A stretch of 63,940 nucleotides of DNA, filler included, from Rhizaria sp. SCN 62-66 (Eukaryota), in NCBI GenBank assembly GCA_001724265.1. It is 5 parts of 5 records of this genome, joined end to end, with 100 filler letters (N's around TTAATTAATTAA, not from the genome) between each part and the next. Parts side by side here need not be neighbours in the genome. Positions count along the whole stretch, not along the records: positions 1 to 13,955 come from MEDY01000516.1; positions 14,056 to 28,001 come from MEDY01000517.1; 3 more parts are not named here. One strand, 5' to 3'. Each line of letters begins with the position of its first letter. Position 1 is the first letter of the stretch. Made by a program: the position numbers and the translations under genes. The notes beneath the pieces are model-generated. The model searched no databases. It saw only the letters and a program-made list of their open reading frames with translations, and had not been told where the DNA came from. Below are positions 13,301-24,900 of this stretch, piece by piece.

Positions 13301-13955
13301 ATGCGCTTCACCGCCATTGTGTTTGTGCTGGTCGCTGTCCTCGCGCTCGCGTCTGCTGAGGAGGGCATCTTTAAGATCTCTGAGTACCAGAACTGTACGT
13401 GCTTCTGTATATTCACTACTTCTCTTTGCCAATCCACTCTTAACCTCAATCTTCCCTGGAGTCTCCTCCGCCAGCCCCTCCCGACCCAACCCCTTGCCAT
13501 AATTTACGCGAGCTATATCCTTCGATCACACATGCGCAATATGTCTGCACAATACGTCGTCTTACAATTGGGTTATTTGCGATACATCTGTGACGTAACA
13601 CTGGGTTTGTGATCTTGTTTGAGATCCGTGGTCCTACTGCATCGGGCTTTGGCCATGCACCTCCAATTTGGCAAACCCAGTTTCACTCACACATTCTTCA
13701 CATTGAACTGCTCTTACTCCTCCGTGGCTGGTTCTGGCAACCTGTTAATTGTCAATCACATACGATTGGTCTTGACAAAACATCATGGCCTTATGCTCAC
13801 CTACTTGCTTTTGTTCTCGTCCTGCCGCTGTTTCTACTTGTCCTCCATTACATAATCAGTCTTCACCAACTTCATGACCAAGTTCAAGAAGACCTTCTCT
13901 GCTGCGGCCATCAAGCTGAAGCTTGAGATCTTCAAGAAGAACGTCGACAAGGTCA
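13301..13955 (+). CDS. Second tandem copy of the C1A protease (5' partial, cut by contig end)
   Basis: Exon 1 (13301..13394) and exon 2 (from 13860) encode nearly the same protein as copy 1. Intron 13395..13859 (GTACGT..CAG). Confidence 0.9.
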
Positions 13956-14055
13956 NNNNNNNNNNNNNNNNNNNNNNNNNNNNNNNNNNNNNNNNNNNNT
14001 TAATTAATTAANNNNNNNNNNNNNNNNNNNNNNNNNNNNNNNNNNNNNNNNNNNN
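13956..14055. other. Artificial contig linker
   Basis: 100-nt N-run with a central TTAATTAATTAA (stops in all six frames). Confidence 0.97.
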
Positions 14056-14078
14056 TGACCAGGAGGAGCAAAAATATA

Positions 14079-14152
14079 TGCGGATTCCGTGATTTGAACA
14101 CGGGACCTTACGATCTTCAGTCGGACGCGCTCCCAGTCTGTGCCAAATCCGC
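14079..14152 (-). tRNA. tRNA-Phe (GAA)
   Basis: Reverse complement GCGGATT TG GCAC AGACTGGGA GCGC G TCCGA CTGAAGA TCGTA AGGTC CCGTG TTCAAAT CACGG AATCCGC A folds as a cloverleaf. It is followed by TATATTTTT (Pol III terminator) and has no encoded CCA. Confidence 0.93.
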
Positions 14153-14962
14153 TTATGAACATTCCTTGAAATTTAGTATATTAGTATTGAAAAACAAATA
14201 ATGCAACTCTGAAATCAACCGAGTTTTCCTGTCAACTTTGATAACATCAGTTGGAGCAGAACACAATTCCACTTTGAGGACGTCACCTACGGCAGTTATA
14301 TCGAGACCTAAACAGAAAAAGAAATCCATGTCCACATTTTCCGAGGCAGTAAACGGGAGAATTAATCGAGATTGGAGTTGTGTGTCTGCTTCTGCAAAAG
14401 TCATTCTGTCGTCATCAGCAACGTCGTGAGCTGTAGTGACAGTGGCCCCAGGAAGATATGCCGGGGAGGTTGTTTTGTGTCTGCTTGCTGGTTTGTATTT
14501 GTATAAAGAGCTTTTTTCGATTGTAGCGTCAAGTTGCACCTCCCTCGCGCCCGTCTTGTTCGTTATTGACTCGGTTTTGGTCGGGTTGGCAACACTTGCG
14601 AAACGCTGTCGTTGCCACTGCTGAGCGGAGGTTGGGTTAGGATTGCATTTACGCTATAAACAATTATTCGCACATGTAATTTGATGAACATAAACTAAAC
14701 GACAGATTTTCTTCATTTCTTTCATGAAATTCCTTGTGACGGAACTTTCACAGAGATATCTTGTTGGGCGCATGCATCACCTGTCCTCGCAACACGTCAC
14801 GATCCTAAAGTCACTCATCCTTCTCAAAATGAACGTCCCAAGCGCATTCAGTCTGTCTCACATCCATATCATGTACAAATACCGTTTTGATTTGCGTTTG
14901 CGCTTCTCACTAACTCAGCCACGCCGTTCCTGGCCGTGAACGCCTGCATTTCGTAGTCATAG

Positions 14963-17900
14963 ATGTCCGGATCTGCTTCCGCCGCAACTGCTGCGGTCTC
15001 AGCGGCCCCAGGCTCTGCAGCGGCCTCTGCAAGCGCACACTTCCTCTCCCCGACCACCTTTTCCTTGCGCGCCGGCGTAGACTTTGCGTCTTTCCCATCT
15101 CCGACGTCTAAGGTGCTCGCGTTTGTGCACCGCAACGGCTGCGGCGAGCTCGTGCTGAATCGCCCCAAGAGTCTCAACGCGCTTGATTACGACATGGTGC
15201 ACGCGCTCGCGACCATTGTCGCCACGTGGCGCTACGCACAGCAGCGCCAGTGGGCCCGCGCGCATGCCTCGCCGCGCGTGCACCACGCCGCTGCCGCTGC
15301 GGCTGACGCAGCTGTGTCCGCAGCAAAGAGCGCCGGCAGCATGAATGTTGATGAGGGCGAAACGGATGTGCTCGACGCTGCGCTGCCGTGGGGCGCTGTT
15401 ACGGTACGGAGACACTCTCATATAAGTTACAAATATAACGCAACGCGTTGTTCTGCGAGACGATATCATCTTGTTTCCTGTCTCTTGGTCGCGCGACTCA
15501 CAAACTTCTTTTGTCACATCTTTGGACATGGGCTAATCTCAACAGCACATCGTCATCACGACGTCTGCGGCGCGCTCCTTCTGTGCCGGTGGCGATGTCG
15601 TCGATCTCTACAACGCCCCGCCTTCGTTCTCGTCCTCCTCGAGAGCGGCCGCGCACGCACACAGTGGAGGTGCCGCGCAAAGCGGAGAGGCCGTGCATCC
15701 CGCGTCCTTCTTCTTCCAGCTCGAGTACTCGCTCGACGTGCTGCTGGCCGCCATCGCGAACCCCGGCGTGCCGCTCTGCTTCGCCCCGCGCCGCGCCCGC
15801 GATGGGCCCTATCTCGCCACTCTGAGCGACCACAGCCACGGCCTCGGCCTCGGCCTCGGCCTCGGCGAGAGTGACTCTGCCTGCCCCGCCGCACGCGCCG
15901 CGTCGGGCGCCGGCGCCACTGTGCCCGCGCTGCCCGCCGTGGCGCTGCTGCCGGGGCTTGTGTTCGGCGGCGGCGCGGGCATTGCGATGCACTGCCCGCA
16001 CCGCGTTGCGGGGCCCGGCGCCGTCTTCTCCATGCCTGAGGTACGTTGCAAGATTTTGAGCGCAACGAAGAGAAATATGCGCGATAGACCGCAATTAGAA
16101 CAGGTTCATGTTCTTTTTATTGTTCAAGGCTAGTTTTTGTTGTTATGTGTTTCACAGCCAATATTGTTGTGCCCGCATTCCGCTTACACTCATTTACACT
16201 TGCTTCTTTGTTAAATTTAACTGTAGACGCGCATTGGCCTGCTGCCCGATGTCGGCGCATCGCACTTTCTGGCCCGTCTATCTCCGCCCGCGCTGGGCCA
16301 CTACCTTGCTCTGACTTCGGAGCGACTCGGCGCTGGTGACATGTGGGCCTCGGGCGCCGCCACGCATTACGCTGACAAGGACTCCGTACGTGTTTAGTTA
16401 CAGTGAAGCAAAACATAGAATATCTCTTGGAGATAATTGTTTTATGTATTTTTTACTTTATATTTAACAAAACCAGTTAAAATCTACGCAGATACTGAAT
16501 GTTTTATGCTAAAATCCTTGTTTCTGTCGTCGTTCGTTGTATTATTTTGTGTTCGTAACAGTATCCGCTGACGCTCTTTGCGTTGCGCACAGTGCCGCTT
16601 GCCGCGCTTGCCGCTGGCGAGCCTGCGTCCCATGCCGCTGCCACGGGCCTGACGCTGCTGCTCTCCCACTTTGCTGTTCCGTCTCCGTGCACGCTCTCGC
16701 CCGCGCGCGCCTTCGTGCCCGCCCGGTTCATTCCCGCGTCTCACGGTCACTTCGCTGTGGATGACAGCGTGTCTGCGCGTGTGGCGGCCGCCACAACGCG
16801 TGCCACTGCTGCGCTTGCTGGCGCCCGCGCGCCCGCTGTTGCTGCCGCTGTGCTGCCCCTGCACCCGCTGCGCCGTGCGCTCGCCTCGATGCTCTTGCCG
16901 CCCGCGTCTGCTGCTGCGCGTGCGACTGCGCCTTCGACTGCGTTGGCCCCTCGCCTGACTCCGCCGCAGCCGCCGCGCCCGTCGGCGCTGCTGACGACGA
17001 TGCTGCCGCTTATCCTCACGGTCTTCTCGCTGCCCACGGTCGCTCAGGTTGAGGCCGCGCTCGCGGACTGGGCCAAGCTCGCGCCTCTCAAGCCCGCCAA
17101 GGTCGCGACCGCGGCTGCTGCTCCTACTGCTTCATCTTCTGCTGTTGCCCGTACTCCTGCTCCTGCGGCCGCAGCTGCAAAGCCCAAGCCGAAGTCGCAG
17201 CCGAAGCCCGTCTCCGAGATCATTCTGTCGACCGCCATCGTGTCTCCCGCTGCCGCGACTGCGGCGTGGGGCGCGTTCGCGGCGCGCACGCTGGCCGTCC
17301 TATCAGAGCGCTCCCCTGTGTCGAAGCGTCTCGCATCGGCCATGCACACAGCGGTTGGACAGCCCCGCGCCACGCCCGCGGCGCTCACGCCTCACGCATC
17401 GCCGCTGTCTCGCTCCATTGCGCAGTCCCAGTCACAGTCCCCGCCTCATTCTCAGGTTGACTCGCTTGGCAGCGTGCTCCCTCTGTCGCTGTCGATGTCG
17501 CTCGAGTACCGCGTTGTCGCGCGCGTGTCCTTCTGCGCGTTCGGCAACGGGGACTTCCACGCCGGCGTGCGCGCGCACTTGATCGACAAGACGGGCCGCC
17601 CGCTCTGGGGCAACTATGCAGCGCTCTGGCGCAGGCTCGGCGCGCCCCTCTGCGCGCACTGCGCGAGCAGCGACAACACCAACATCAACGGCAGCAGTGG
17701 CAGCGGCAACAGCAGCAGCAACAGCGACGCGCTGAGCGTTGTCGGCGTCGCCAGCGTTGCAGGCGGCGTCAGCGTCGTGGAGAAGAACAAGCAGACGGGG
17801 CTCTGCGTCAGCTGCGATATGCGCTCGCAGGCGTGGCTGTTTTGCCTCTACGTTGGACTTCCGCTTGCGACCTCGGCGGCGCGTGCGCGCTCTCTTGCTA

Positions 17901-18605
17901 AGAGCGCGAACTCTGGCGCTGCGAGTCAGACTGCGGTTGCAGTGGAGGAGCAGTGTGCACACCCCTGCGCTGAGGGCTTTGCGAGCGCAGAGGCTGAGGC
18001 GGTGGCGAGTGTGGCGGCCGTGGACGCGACTGCGGCGGCCGTGGCGCCCGCTCTGCCGATGGCCAAGTGGCAGACGCTGCTGCTGCCGACTGAGGGCGTC
18101 GAGCTCTTCGAGTCTATCGATCACGAACAGGTACGCTACTTGACGACATCTACCAAGCATCGTCTACTTCGAAAGATACATGTATATCTGCACAAAATTT
18201 CGAGATTACTCACCATTTTTTTTAAATTTTAATTTCAAATGTTTTTAGGCTCATAACCACTTTCAGACGCGCTCTGCAGCCTCTGATGCTGAGTCTGCTG
18301 CGAAGGCTGCCGCAAAGGCTGCCGTTTCCGCTGCCCTTCCCATTGCTGCCGCTGCTGCGCCTGCAGCCCCTGCTGCCGTTGCTGCGGTGAGGGACGTCAC
18401 GATGGGCGGTGTGCTGCTGGCGACTGGCCCTGCGCTGTCGGCGCTGAGTGCTGCGGCGGGCGCGGGGCCGGTCGCTGTGCAGCGCGCTGCGCTGGCGCTG
18501 GCGACGGGATACAACGCGCTCATCGACGGCGCTGTGGCCACGGAGCCCCGGGCGCGGAGTAAGAACGTGACTGTGGGCAGCGCCAGGGTTGAGGCGCGTC
18601 TATGA
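14963..18605 (+). CDS. HIBCH: 3-hydroxyisobutyryl-CoA hydrolase-like (crotonase superfamily), 5 exons, C-terminal PTS1 (-ARL)
   Basis: Exons 14963..15403, 15546..16040, 16227..16385, 16562..18130 and 18249 (or 18267)..18605. Motifs LNRPKSLNALD, RSFCAGGDV, GLVFGGGAGI, FSMPETRIGLLPDVGASHFL, GHYLALT, ERSPVS, LEYRV, DFHAGVRAHLIDK. Stop TGA. Confidence 0.85.
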
Positions 18606-18903
18606 GAATGAAGCGAGACACAGAGTGGCTATGACGATTGAGAGCACCCCAATGAATGCGGGCAGCAAAATGACTGCAAACAGCGAAGTGATGTAAGTTG
18701 ATTAAATCGACTATGTATTATTGTTCCAGGAAGCTTCAGCTTTAATTAAAAATGTTATAGGTAAATAAATGTCAGAATAGTTACGATATCACTGAGTTGT
18801 GTTAATTATATGAAAGCTAGATAGATATCAATACAAAACAAGGGTTTTGTCACTTTTGTCACTTTGTTGTTCAGAGTTCAACTTTCTGGTAATACTAGCT
18901 GAT

Positions 18904-21900
18904 TTAGTAGCCATCACCGTCACCATCACCGCCACAATCGCCGTCAGCCTCACCACTGTCACTTGCGACTTGCGAGGCCGCGACCTCGGCCTCCACCTCT
19001 GCAGCAGCGGCCGCAGCAGCAGCAGCAGCGTCGGCCCTCCAGTCCCCATAGCCTCCGTAGCCACCACCACTGCTATTACTGGTGTTACCGCTGCCATGAC
19101 CGCTGCCCTAGCCCCCAACCGCGCCGGTCCCGACACCAGAGTCGGCGTCGTCGTCCTGTTCGTTGCCCAGCAGGTCCTCGCCGAGGTCGTCGCAGTGCCC
19201 GTCGCCGTGGTCAGCCCACGCGGCGTCCTCGACCTCGCCGGCCTCGAGCTCCATTGTGCTCAGCAGCCGCGCGCCCACAGCGGCCGCGCCCGCGCGCACG
19301 GCAGCCGCGCGGTCGAAGTACGCCCGCGTCGCGCTGCCCGCGCCACCAGAGCCTGCAACCTCTATCGCGCCGCTGCTGCCGTAGTTGCCGCTGCTCGCGG
19401 TGGCGACGCGGACGAACGGCAGCACGTGCTTCTCCACGCGCGCCCCCGCGCGGCCGGCCATCGCGGCCGTGACAAGCTTCTCCAGCACGGGCCCGTCGGC
19501 CGCGCCCGCGCCCGCGGTCGGGAAGGACAGCCCCGCCGTAGCGTACGCCTCTGCGTCGGGCGCGGGCACTGGCGCTGTGTAGACCTCGCGGTAGAGACAC
19601 ACTTGCGAGAAGGCGTGCGCAAGGGCGCGGGACAGCGCGGTCTTCTGCGCCTCGTTTAGCGGGCTGATAAGGCCCGCGTCTGCAAAGGCTTCGACACCGG
19701 CGCCCGCGCTCTTGCTGCTGTTTGCGCTGCTACCACAACTGCTTGAGCTAAAATTGGAGCTGGAGGTCGGTAGCGGGCGCAGAGGTGCAATGCCGAGGCC
19801 GGTCACCACGAGTGCAGCGGGTGCGGGGGCAGCTAACGACAAGGCAGCATCAGCCGAGAGCGCGCGCGCCCGGCCCCCACACTCGCCGACACCAAAGTCG
19901 TCGGAGTTCGAGTCCGGCGTGAGCGACAGCGCAGCACCCCCGCGGCGCGCGAACACGCCGGGCCCCGCAGTGAGCGGCAGCGCGGCCACGGCGCCGCTGC
20001 GCGCGCTGGGCAGCGTGACCGTGAGTGTGATGACGGCGTGCACGCACGCGCCCTGCGCGATGAGGTGCAGCAGCGTAGCGGGGCCCGCGGAAGCGGGGCC
20101 GCGCGAGGGCGCCGGCAGCGGCTTTCCACCGTCGGGCAGCACCGCGATGCGCAGTGGCAGAGACATGAGCAGCGTGTGGAACGGGTTCGTCTGCTACGCC
20201 GCTGCTGCAGCTGAAGCCGCTGCTGCTGCCGCTGCATTCGCGGGCTGGGCAAGCGACTGCGACTGTGCAATCCCACTCTGCCGCGCCTGACTCTGCTTCT
20301 GTTGCTGCTGCTGCTGTTGAGGCGCCTTCTGCGCGGAGGCCGCAACGGCGGTCGAGCGCGCGCGACTGCGCTCGAGCGCCTGCAGCCGCTTGGCCTCGAC
20401 CATGGCCTTGACGTCCGCCTCTTTGCTCGCCGCCGCCGCCGCGCTGCACTGAAACTGCTGCAGCGTGACCGGCGGCGAGGACAACGCGGCGACGTGCTGG
20501 TCGCGTTGCGCCTTGGTCAGAGTGAGTGCGGCCGCTGTGGGGGGCCCGTAGAGCTGGACGCCGGAGAACACGGCGCGGCGGTGACCGACGCCGGTCTGTG
20601 AGCCCCAAAGAGGCTTGTATTCACTGCGAGCACGGCGGGACGTATGGGCACCAGCTGCACTTGCTGCATTCTCAACGTCGTTGTCGTTGTCAGCGGAGTT
20701 GGCATTAAAGGAGGCCAACGCGGCCGCAAGCATGCGAGCACCGTTGGTAGGCCTCTTATCATAGGCACGAGTACTCGCGCTATCTGGAGAAGTTGGAGCA
20801 GCGCAGCTACGATGTGCGAGTGCAGGAACAGGTGCAAGCGAGTCGCAAAACGCCATCGCCCCAGAGCAGTCAACACCACCATTGCCATTGCCGTTGCTAC
20901 ACTGCGGCGCCGAGGGGGCGAGCGACGAGAACACACGCCTGCGCCCGTGTCCCGCGCCCGGCTCCGACCACAGTGACACCGCACCGCCACCGTTGTCGTT
21001 AGACTGCGCTGGAGCGCCCCAGGGATGCGGACAGTGCGAGGGCGCGTCTGGGGACCGCTGCCATATCACTCCAGTCAACGGAGCGCCGCGGCGACCGAGG
21101 CCGAGTCCCGCAGCGGTCGCGCTGCGTTTGCCCATAAAGCTGCTGGCATTGCTGCCACCAAGGGAGCCGGCGCCACCGCAGTCGCGCAGTCCCACCGTCG
21201 GCACTGCCGCCACCGCCACCGCACCAGACAGCACCACAGCGCCAGTGCCAGGCTCAGAACATGCAACAGAGCCTCCGCCGAAAACGCTCACACCGGCATT
21301 GTTGCTGCCGGCAAGAGTGAGCGCAAGCGCGGCCCCGGGGTCAGCCTCCGTGGCCGCAGAGCGCGGCGGCACGGGCACCCATACGCGCGCGCTGGCCCGC
21401 AGCGGGCCCGGCATGCGCGGGAACTCGGACGTCGCCACGTCCCACACCGACGGCGCCTCCACAGCCGCCACGGACCGCAGCAGCGGCGCCAGCGCGGAGG
21501 CTGCGGCGGCCGTGTCGAGGCCTGCGTCCCCGCGCTGCACCGCCGCTGCGGTGTGGGCAAGCGCGCGCGCGTGCGCGGAGACGGCCAGGGTCTCAGCGCG
21601 ACGCCAGTGCGCGCTGTGCGGTGTCTCCAGCTCCAGCTCCAGCCCGGCCTCTGCTGTGTTCGCACCGGCAGACGCAGCGCCGTGGGTGCTGGAGACGGTG
21701 TAAAAGGCTGTGGCGGCGGGCGCGGCGCTGAAGGCTGGGGGCGACACGAGAGGTGTAAGTGCAAGTGGCATGCGACCGAGCGGACGCCGGCGGACGACGA
21801 GATCAGTGAACTCACCGTCATCAACGTGGGCTCCAGCTTGACGGTGACCTCCAGCGTTGCTGTTATGAGAGTGAATTTGAGCAAATGCAGCGTTAACCCA

Positions 21901-24900
21901 TTCAGGAGCGTTTGTAAACACCAGCATCTCAGACTCAGTGTCATTGTTAATGTTCTCCTTGCCTTGCTCAGAGTTGCGCTCACGGTCACTGGCGCCAAAC
22001 TTCGAAGCGTAGGCGGCGCTAGCAGAACCAAATGTAGAACTCAAGCCTGAGCTCGAGCAGCTGTACATTGAACCAAGGCCAAATGCAGAGCTGAGCTTCG
22101 GGCTGGGGCACGTGCTCGAGAAAGTGCCGAGCTGCGCAATTGGGGCCGCAACAGAGGCGAAGTGCGGCGACTGCGGCATGAACGTCGGGAGCAACTCATA
22201 CGGCGTCTCAGCAAGCGCCAGCGTCACCCTGCTGCACGTGTTCGTGTCAGCATCGTTGTCTGAGGCTGCAGCCGCGCGGGCGAGTGCGGCACGGTGTGCG
22301 CGCTCAGCGCGTGCCACTGTAGCTGCGGCCTCTTCTTCGTCGTCGAACTCGTCGTATTCACCGCTGTAGGACCAGTTGACACCCGATTTAGCACCGCTGC
22401 TCTTGCGGCTGCCGTACAAAGCAGATGACCCGGTACTCGGTGAGCGCTTGATGCCATTCACACCAGCCCTTGGACTCATACTTGCACTGGAAACAATCAG
22501 AGCGCTGTTGGAGGGATCAAGCTGGCTGAAGGGTTGCGACAGACTCAGCATGTTGGCAGCCGCAGCCCTCGCCGCGGCCGCGCTGGCCGCCTGCGCCGCC
22601 TCTGGCTCAACAATGCCGGCGGCGGCAAACTGCGCAGCAAGCGCGGCAGAAGCAAGCTGCAGCCGCAGAGGCAGCGGGACATCCCTTAGGTTCACGTTGC
22701 TGCCACTGCCGCTGTTGCTACGGCTGCTGCGAGAACGACTGCGCGACAGCGCTGACGCTGACGACGCCGAAGCAAACGCTGATGACGACACTGATGATGA
22801 CGAGGATGAAGAAGATAGACGCACGTGCGCAGCCCACGTGTGCCACGCTGCGTTGTCCGCCATGCACTCAGCGACTTCAGCGGCTTCGGCGGCCTTGGTT
22901 ACAGCGGTCTTGTCAGAATCTTGAGAACCTGAACATGAATCTGAGCCAGATGCGTTTACAAGCGCGTTGCCGTTGTTACAATCATTATAGTCATCATCAT
23001 CATCGTTCATTAACCTTGCCAAGTTACGCCGACTAAACGGGATACTGTTCTTGTTGCGAGCGTTGCTATTGCGGTTCCGCATCGTTGGAATTTGACTAAA
23101 CGACAAGTGCCCCCCCGTGGGGTGACTGTAAGCAGCAGTGGCTGAGCCGCTGTGGCCGAGAGTGTAGAGCGCGTGCGGTGACAGCATCACCGGCAGCCCC
23201 GCGCGCCGCATTGCGCACTCGACCGCGGACGCGAACAGCACCAGCACGGGCGGAGCCGTCGCACTTGAAGAGGCGACACTAAAGCCAGGGGTAACACTAC
23301 TGCTGGCGGTAACGAGCGCGCACGAGGCCGCGGCCACAGCGGCTGCAGCGGGCGCGGGGACTGAGACCGCAACGCCGGCAAGCGAGAGCAAGTCAGCGGC
23401 CACTGTCAGTAGGGCCAGCTCGTCTTGCACAGTCGCCGCAGCGCTTTGCACGCTCACATCCGTTCCAGCCGTGGCGAGACCGCGGCGACCACTCGCACCG
23501 CAAGTGTTTGTAATCGCAGCGCTTGCAGCGGCGCTGTTGCTGTGCTTGTTGCTTGCGATCAGCAGGTCGACAAGGCCGGCCACGCAGCGCTGCCACTGCG
23601 ACTTAACGCCGGCCTCCAGCGCCCGCCGCGCCGCCGCAGGCACCGCGTCCACCAGCCCGAGTCCCAGCCTCAGCCCGGTCTGCGCGGGTAACAGCGCCGG
23701 CACCGGCACGGCCGCGGTCGCCGCCATCGAGCGGTCGCGGCGCTTGCGCAGCGCGGCCGCGCGCCGCAGCCGGCGCTGCAGCGGCGCGAGCACGGTCCGC
23801 ACGCACGCAGGCGCCGGGGACAGCGCGGGCGCGGAGGCGGCACCGGCGGCCACGAGCGCGAGCATCCACCGCGGCAACGGGAGCATGTATAGCGCAGTCG
23901 TTGAGCGTGCGCGCGAAACGGCCACCGCGGTTATGCTTGCATGAACACCGTCGCTATCGACACCAATCTCGTCGCTCTCATCGCTGCTAGTACTGTTGTT
24001 GTTGTTGTTGTTCGTGTTTGTGGGAACGATGTAGTAGGGCGGGTAGCGCAGTGCGTGGGCCAGCGGGGAGCGCTCGCACACCGCGAGCACTGTCGAGTTC
24101 GCACCGTTCAGCGCCTGAGACTGTGACTGTGCGCCCGGCAGTAACGAGGACTGTGGCTGTGCGTTCGCATAGAGGTTGCTGTTGCCGCTGGAGCCACCGC
24201 AGTACCTACACGCACACGGCTCACTGGTATCGACTGCAGTAGCACTCGTGCTGTTGCCAGCCAAGCGTTGCTGCTGCGGCGGCGGTCCGCGCCCCGAGCT
24301 GGCGCGGCCGTTTAACTGCAGCGACTGCGGCCGTGGCCGCGGCTGCGCGTGCGGCGGCGCGTCGCCTCGCGTGCACAGAGCGTCGTCGAGCGCGCACACA
24401 AACTGCGACAGCGGAGACGCCGCCCACGGGTCCGGTACCGTGCGCGGCACGCTCACGGTCACCGTCACGGTCTCCGCCGTCGCTGTTGCAGTCGCCGCTG
24501 TCGCGGCTCCACTTGCGGCCACGGGGACAGAGACGGAGACGGGCACAGCAGCGGTGCGGACGGGGATGGCGGCCGGGAAACCAAATCGCCACGCCTCGCT
24601 CTCGTCCGACACGGACTGCAGCGGCCGCGGCACAGCAACAGTGACGCCAGCAGCGGCCGTAGTACTGTTTGCAGCACTCACAGTCGCATTGCCATCTACA
24701 CGCACGAGGATCGACAGTTTGGCGTTGCTGCTATCGATCATTACCGTGTTACCATTGCTAGCGCTTGCGTGACTGTTTGCGTTCAGCGCGTCAGCAGTGA
24801 GCAGAGCGAGCGGCCGTTGCAGCGGAAACGCCTCGCTCAGCGGCGGCACGGGCCGCAGCGGCAGCAGTGATACTGTCGTCCCCGCAGCCGCATTGAGCGC

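Noticed and set aside
14153-14775. Minus-strand ORF next to the tRNA, extendable through a TAG
   Set aside because: Low GC, no motifs, abuts the tRNA 5' end; not counted as recoding evidence.
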